DNA of 64,000 nucleotides from Legionellales bacterium (GTDB lineage Bacteria; Pseudomonadota; Gammaproteobacteria; UBA1113): NCBI GenBank assembly GCA_002707205.1, contig PAMH01000034.1, positions 47,337 to 111,336 of the forward strand, read 5' to 3'. Shown piece by piece: positions 59,200 to 64,000 of this stretch (position 1 is its first letter; each line of letters starts with the position of its first letter). The notes under the pieces were generated by a model. It saw only the letters and a program-made list of their open reading frames with translations, ran no database searches and was not told where the DNA came from. The position numbers and the translations under genes were made by a program.

Positions 59200-60204
59200 T
59201 TGAGGGAATATCAAATCAAAAAAATAATTTTTTCTATATTCTGTTTCATGGCGAGTCCAATATATGCTTATCAATCTTCAGCAAATTTTTTAACAGCCCC
59301 CAATAATAATAGTTATTATCTATTTGCTAATTTATTGTATTGGAACGTGAGTGAGGCGGGAGCTGATAATTGGGTGCAAGATATTGGCTCTGCAGGCGTC
59401 CATCAATCGACCACGGTGTATGGCGTTCCATTTGATTCAGATATGGGTTTAAGAATTGGCGCTGGATTTAATAATGCAAGTGGTTGGGATGCTAGTCTGT
59501 ATTACACAGGCTACCATACTGATGCCACTGATGCGCAAACTGGAAATTTAGCATCCGCGTATCTTGGTAATTTCTGGGTTAATAATACCAATGGCGCAAG
59601 CTTTGGCCCATCTTATCAATCGGCAGATATGAACTGGGATATTAATTTAGACAGTTTAGATTTGGCCTTTGGGCATGAATTTATCGTTAAAAATATCATG
59701 AGTATGCATCCTTTCTTTGGACTCAAACTGGCGTCTATCAATCAAGATATAAAAACCAATTGGTATAATCCAATTAATACAAATAATTTCACTCAAGGTA
59801 CTGAAAAAATTACCAATGATTTTAATGGTATTGGTCCTTCAGTTGGGATAGATCTTTCTTTTAAACTCTTGTCAAAAACTCATTACGCACTAAGTATTTT
59901 AGGTAGTTTTTCAGGGGCGTTAATGTATGGGCATTGGGATTTAAAAGACGTTTATAACAATAATCAACCGGTAACAAAAACGATTGATAATACGGATATG
60001 ACGAATGTCGCGCCTATGATCGATGGCTTTTTGGGTTTGCAGTGGACAGGATATTCTACAAAAATTAATACCACTGTCCGCATCGGTTATGAAGAACAAA
60101 TTTGGTATGATCAGCTTCGCTTTTACTCTTATAACATGGGACGGTTACATGATGAACTTACGTTACAAGGTGGTACGATAGATGTTAATTTCAACTTTAA
60201 GTAA
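59200..60204 (+). CDS. Divergent MOMP-like outer membrane protein, cluster 2, gene 1
   Basis: Signal peptide; shares DLHPFFGLK.., NDFNGIGPS and Y..WD blocks with the MOMP family (GIGPRAG becomes GIGPS). Confidence 0.65.
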   Translation: MREYQIKKIIFSIFCFMASPIYAYQSSANFLTAPNNNSYYLFANLLYWNVSEAGADNWVQDIGSAGVHQSTTVYGVPFDSDMGLRIGAGFNNASGWDASLYYTGYHTDATDAQTGNLASAYLGNFWVNNTNGASFGPSYQSADMNWDINLDSLDLAFGHEFIVKNIMSMHPFFGLKLASINQDIKTNWYNPINTNNFTQGTEKITNDFNGIGPSVGIDLSFKLLSKTHYALSILGSFSGALMYGHWDLKDVYNNNQPVTKTIDNTDMTNVAPMIDGFLGLQWTGYSTKINTTVRIGYEEQIWYDQLRFYSYNMGRLHDELTLQGGTIDVNFNFK

Positions 60205-61132
60205 ATCAAAATATCTTGCCATTCTTGTAATTTTATCAGCAACCTCTATTTTTGCGGGAAACGTTGGAATTGATATTGAAGGTCTCTATTGGCAACCATC
60301 AGAAGCATCTTCAGCAGCGTGGGCAACTGTTGCCTCAACAGTGCCAACTAATCCTACTGATTTAACACCTGAGAGTATTGATTTTAATTCGGATTATGGA
60401 TTGCGTTTAGGCGTAACATATCAACCAACAAGCGATTATTTTGATACCAGTTTATATTATACCTCTTTTACAACGGATGCGGATAATCATGTGCCTGTTG
60501 GTAATCAATTGATTGTACCTGAGTTTTTTAGTGGATTTTTAAGTGGAAATGTTTTTTTTGGTGCGGATGCAGATTGGCAAATTGCATTGCATCAAATTGA
60601 CTTACAAATTAGCCATTTATATCATCCTAAACAAAGTATCAGTTTACGTCCTAAGCTTGGAATTACGGCAGTAAGAATTGATCAAACGGTTAGTGCGCAA
60701 TGGAATGCTGTTATTTATAATTCAACAGAAAAAGTAAAAAATGATTTTCAGGGTATTGGCCCTAGTATAGGTTTAGATGCAAATTGGAATTTTTATCATG
60801 GCTTTAGTTTAGTTGGAGACCTAACTGCTGCACTTATGTATGGTGATTGGGATATTAAAGATACATATCAACGGCCAAGTGCTTTATTTGGATTAATTAC
60901 ACCAACAACTATTAATACTGCAACTACACCCTCAGATTATGGTGTAGCAATGTATGGCTATTTTTTTGGGGTAAAATGGGCACATCAAGGGCGTTCTGAT
61001 GTGGCATTGAAACTAGGTTATGAAATGCAGCACTGGAGTGATCAACTCAGAGTTCAAAATTTTGAACAATTACCGGTGCATGGTGATTTAACTTTTGAAG
61101 GATTAACATGCGGAATTTATATCAACGTTTAA
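60182..61132 (+). CDS. Divergent MOMP-like outer membrane protein, cluster 2, gene 2
   Basis: Signal peptide ...IFAGNVG; NDFQGIGPSIG block. Its start overlaps the previous stop by 23 nt. Confidence 0.65.
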   Translation: MLISTLSKSKYLAILVILSATSIFAGNVGIDIEGLYWQPSEASSAAWATVASTVPTNPTDLTPESIDFNSDYGLRLGVTYQPTSDYFDTSLYYTSFTTDADNHVPVGNQLIVPEFFSGFLSGNVFFGADADWQIALHQIDLQISHLYHPKQSISLRPKLGITAVRIDQTVSAQWNAVIYNSTEKVKNDFQGIGPSIGLDANWNFYHGFSLVGDLTAALMYGDWDIKDTYQRPSALFGLITPTTINTATTPSDYGVAMYGYFFGVKWAHQGRSDVALKLGYEMQHWSDQLRVQNFEQLPVHGDLTFEGLTCGIYINV

Positions 61133-62010
61133 TCATTTTGTCAGCGCTTAGTTGTACGAGTACTTTGTACGCAGGCAATGTTTTTATAGAACCATTATAC
61201 TGGCAAGCAGATGAACCTGTTGATTGGGCATATACAAACAATTTAAATGCGAGTAACCAACAAGTTGCTTATCAAACATCAAGCTTTGATAGTGCGCCAG
61301 GTTTACGTTTGGGATTTGGTTTATCGGGTAAGTTTGATAATGAATTTTATTTTACCCATTATAAAACAGATACAAAAGATTCTGCGACTGGTAATTTGGT
61401 TTCTGGTTTTTTAGGGGCAACAGCAGGTAAACCTAATAATGCCTTTACTTATGATGCAGGACAATTTGATTTTGATTTAGATTATAATTTACTTGAATGG
61501 GATTTAAGTAAAGATTTTCAACTTAATTCAGCTATAAAAATTAAACCGTTGATTGGACTTGCTGGAGGAACTATTGATCAAGATTTAAATAGCGCTTTCC
61601 AAGGGAGTATTAATAGCTCAGAAAAAGTTGTAAATGACTTTACAGGCATAGGTCCTAAAGCAGGCATTGATGCAACAGTTACGCTATTAAATAAAAATCA
61701 AACAAAACTAAACTTTGATGCTCAATTTGCTAGTTATTACTTATATGGACATTGGGATTTATCCGATCAATATACTGACAATACGGGACGTGTCATTAAC
61801 GTTAACTTGGATAATAAAACCATGGGTTCTTTAGGATTGCAAGCAATGCTAGGATTCACTTTGATTCATGATAAATTTTCGGCAAGTTTGGGTTATGAAT
61901 TAAATACATGGTTCAATCAACTACAAATTTTTGATGATACAACAGGCTCACATGACAATAATCTTGCTTTACAAGGTTTTAATTTAACCTTGCGTTATCA
62001 ATTTGGATAA
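61108..62010 (+). CDS. Divergent MOMP-like outer membrane protein, cluster 2, gene 3
   Basis: Signal peptide ...LYAGNVF; NDFTGIGPKAG block; ends RYQFG. Its start overlaps the previous stop by 25 nt. Confidence 0.65.
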   Translation: MRNLYQRLIILSALSCTSTLYAGNVFIEPLYWQADEPVDWAYTNNLNASNQQVAYQTSSFDSAPGLRLGFGLSGKFDNEFYFTHYKTDTKDSATGNLVSGFLGATAGKPNNAFTYDAGQFDFDLDYNLLEWDLSKDFQLNSAIKIKPLIGLAGGTIDQDLNSAFQGSINSSEKVVNDFTGIGPKAGIDATVTLLNKNQTKLNFDAQFASYYLYGHWDLSDQYTDNTGRVINVNLDNKTMGSLGLQAMLGFTLIHDKFSASLGYELNTWFNQLQIFDDTTGSHDNNLALQGFNLTLRYQFG

Positions 62011-62876
62011 ATCTTTGCTTTCCATAAAGTTTGATAAGTAGATTCTGCAATCAGTCTGTGCACCTGTGTTGTTGGGTGCACCCAATCCCAAAATAGATAT
62101 TTATTGGGTTGAGCACAAACTTTACCACCACCTTTAAAAGAGCCAATATAACAACGATCTGTAGTATTATTAATGCCGTACTTTTCAGGATTTCTCATCG
62201 CTTGTTTTAAAAGATCATAAACATCTATAGAAATAATCTTCACATTCTTATTTTGATTTAATTGCAATAATTCAATAGTTAATTTTTTATTATGTGTTTC
62301 AGTTAGCCAAGTTAAATGCTGTGCTGTGCTTAAATGAGGGTATTTTTTATTCCAATGTTTTGCTAAAGGCGTTACACCAATATCAGGTAAATTAAAGACT
62401 AAAAATAGCTTAGCGCCATGATTTGTTAGTAAAGTTATTGCTTGAGCAATATTTGTGATAGCTTGATCAATAGCAACCAAGTTGGCTTGTGGGTGATTGA
62501 TATAATTATCACTACCAGACCAAATAATATAAAGGGCATTAGGATCAACTTGATGAGTATTAAGATATTTTTTAACTTGTACAATTAAACCTGGCGGTTT
62601 TATTCCATGGGTTTGTGCACCAGCAATTGCATAATCTTCTAGTGGGACAGATGGTGTTATTAAGTTATTCGCTAAGATTTCTGGCCAAACTAGACCATTG
62701 CTATAACGACCATGAAAATATGGCGCTTTAGGTGCGCGCCCTTGTGTGAGCTTATATAGGTTACCATTGTCAGATAGACTATCCCCAAAAACAATAATTT
62801 TATTAAAAGTTTGAGCGTGTAGCATGACGCTAATGAAAAATCCAGATAAGTAGATTATTACTTTTAGTAAGCGCAT
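61998..62876 (-). CDS. Secreted GDSL/SGNH-family lipase/lysophospholipase (PlaA-like)
   Basis: Signal peptide followed by block I IIVFGDSLSDNGN; DW..H catalytic block near the C-terminus. Confidence 0.8.
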   Translation of the reverse strand: MRLLKVIIYLSGFFISVMLHAQTFNKIIVFGDSLSDNGNLYKLTQGRAPKAPYFHGRYSNGLVWPEILANNLITPSVPLEDYAIAGAQTHGIKPPGLIVQVKKYLNTHQVDPNALYIIWSGSDNYINHPQANLVAIDQAITNIAQAITLLTNHGAKLFLVFNLPDIGVTPLAKHWNKKYPHLSTAQHLTWLTETHNKKLTIELLQLNQNKNVKIISIDVYDLLKQAMRNPEKYGINNTTDRCYIGSFKGGGKVCAQPNKYLFWDWVHPTTQVHRLIAESTYQTLWKAKIYPN

Positions 62877-62888
62877 ATATTGTTCCTG

Positions 62889-64000
62889 TTATCCATGCAA
62901 TGGCCAAAAATATAAAATACATGGTAATGCGGTAATTATCACTAAAATATCTAGCGGTAAACCCATGCGCCAGTAGTCGCCAAACTTATAACCACCAGGC
63001 CCCATTACAATCGTATTATTTTGATGACCAATTGGTGTCATGAATGAGCATGAAGCACCGACAACAACCGTCATTAAGAAAGGGTCAACATTGTAATGTA
63101 AAGCTGTGGCGATATTGGCAGCTAATGGTGCCATTAAAACAGCAGTGGCGGCATTATTCATGACATCAGTTAAAATAATTGTGGTAATAAGAATAGCGCC
63201 TAATATATAGATAGGTGGTAAGTTTCCAAAGTAGCTGACGATCAGTGATGCGATAAGTTGTGCGCCACCAGTTAATTCCATAGCCGCCCCAACAGGGATC
63301 ATCGCGCCGAGTAAAACAAGGATACTTAAATCAATACTTTCATAGGCTTTACGAATAGAAATAACATTAAATAAAATCATTAATAAGACAGCGCCACTGA
63401 ATGCAATTTGTATCGGAATTAATTGTAAGGTGACCGTAACTAAGGCAATAGCAAAAATAATTAAAGATAAAAATTTCTTTTTTGAACCACCAATATTCAA
63501 TCCGCGCTCAGCAATAGGCAAAAAGCCAATATCAGCAATATTATCTTGTAATGTTTCTTCATTGCCTTGTAATAATAAAACATCACCAACAGTTAATTTA
63601 GTATTTTTAAGGCGTTGTTTAATTTGTTGTCCTTTACGCGCGATAGCTAAGAGATTAATACCGTATCTTGTACGTAACTTTAATCGCTGAGGGGTGCTAC
63701 CTTCGACGCGCGAATGTGGCATTACAACTGCTTCCATAACCGCAACATGTTCATTTTTAAGTGCTTCGGAAGATAAAGCTTTACTACCAACGAGTTCTAA
63801 TTTTGCTGAATTAATGATGCTTTCAAGTTCACTTGGCGCAGCTTCTATGACTAAAATATCTCCTGCGTGAATTTGTTCATTGACTGTTGGGTTAATCCGC
63901 TTACGTTTATTTCTAATAAGCGCATAAACAACAATCAACCCCAATGCTTCAAGTTCTGAAATAGGTTTATCCACGATAGTAGAATCTTCATTGACTTTAA
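62889..64000 (-). CDS. Transporter with TrkA-C (RCK-C) domains (SLC13/DASS or AAE-like permease); partial, as the N-terminus lies beyond the window edge
   Basis: TrkA-C-like segment (GDILVIEAAP..., VGDVLLLQG...) followed by a hydrophobic permease half. The ORF is still open at 64000. Confidence 0.55.
   Translation of the reverse strand, partial: KVNEDSTIVDKPISELEALGLIVVYALIRNKRKRINPTVNEQIHAGDILVIEAAPSELESIINSAKLELVGSKALSSEALKNEHVAVMEAVVMPHSRVEGSTPQRLKLRTRYGINLLAIARKGQQIKQRLKNTKLTVGDVLLLQGNEETLQDNIADIGFLPIAERGLNIGGSKKKFLSLIIFAIALVTVTLQLIPIQIAFSGAVLLMILFNVISIRKAYESIDLSILVLLGAMIPVGAAMELTGGAQLIASLIVSYFGNLPPIYILGAILITTIILTDVMNNAATAVLMAPLAANIATALHYNVDPFLMTVVVGASCSFMTPIGHQNNTIVMGPGGYKFGDYWRMGLPLDILVIITALPCILYFWPLHG

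Overview
This is an AT-rich (~37% GC) chromosomal segment from a gamma-proteobacterium. The gene content suggests the Legionellales, but that is an inference rather than something the sequence proves. Supporting it: eight Legionella-type major outer membrane protein (MOMP) paralogs, a Pseudomonas/Legionella-like thrB–zapA–polA and pilT–yggS–proC–yggT arrangement, a GDSL lysophospholipase and many AT-rich orphan proteins. The window is mostly housekeeping genes: the efp 3' end, plsY, orn, queG, the nnr–tsaE–amidase operon, zur, pcnB–folK, miaA, hemW–ubiC, cysQ, mdh, thrB, polA, uvrD, pilT, proC, rdgB, folA, an ABC-F protein, and transporters of the SulP, ZIP, APC and MFS families. Between them sit accessory features:
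- a 5-gene tandem MOMP array and a second 3-gene MOMP-like cluster;
- large AT-rich orphan proteins with tandem repeats or C-terminal hydrophobic hairpins, which I treat as candidate secreted effectors;
- an XRE-HTH/S24 (LexA/CI-like) repressor module;
- a degraded insertion-sequence remnant.
Among non-coding signals I found a Zur box, a 16-bp palindrome shared by two MOMP promoters, and a ~35–50 nt promoter-like element present in three divergent intergenic regions (upstream of plsY, the ZIP transporter and the beta-carbonic anhydrase/SulP operon). I found no rRNA, tRNA or CRISPR array. I see no single obvious novel multi-gene system. The best candidates are a 3-gene operon of unknown function (a degenerate TraI_2/HD-like protein, an AhpD-like CMD protein and a 10-TM membrane protein) and the repressor module; both are inferences from sequence only.
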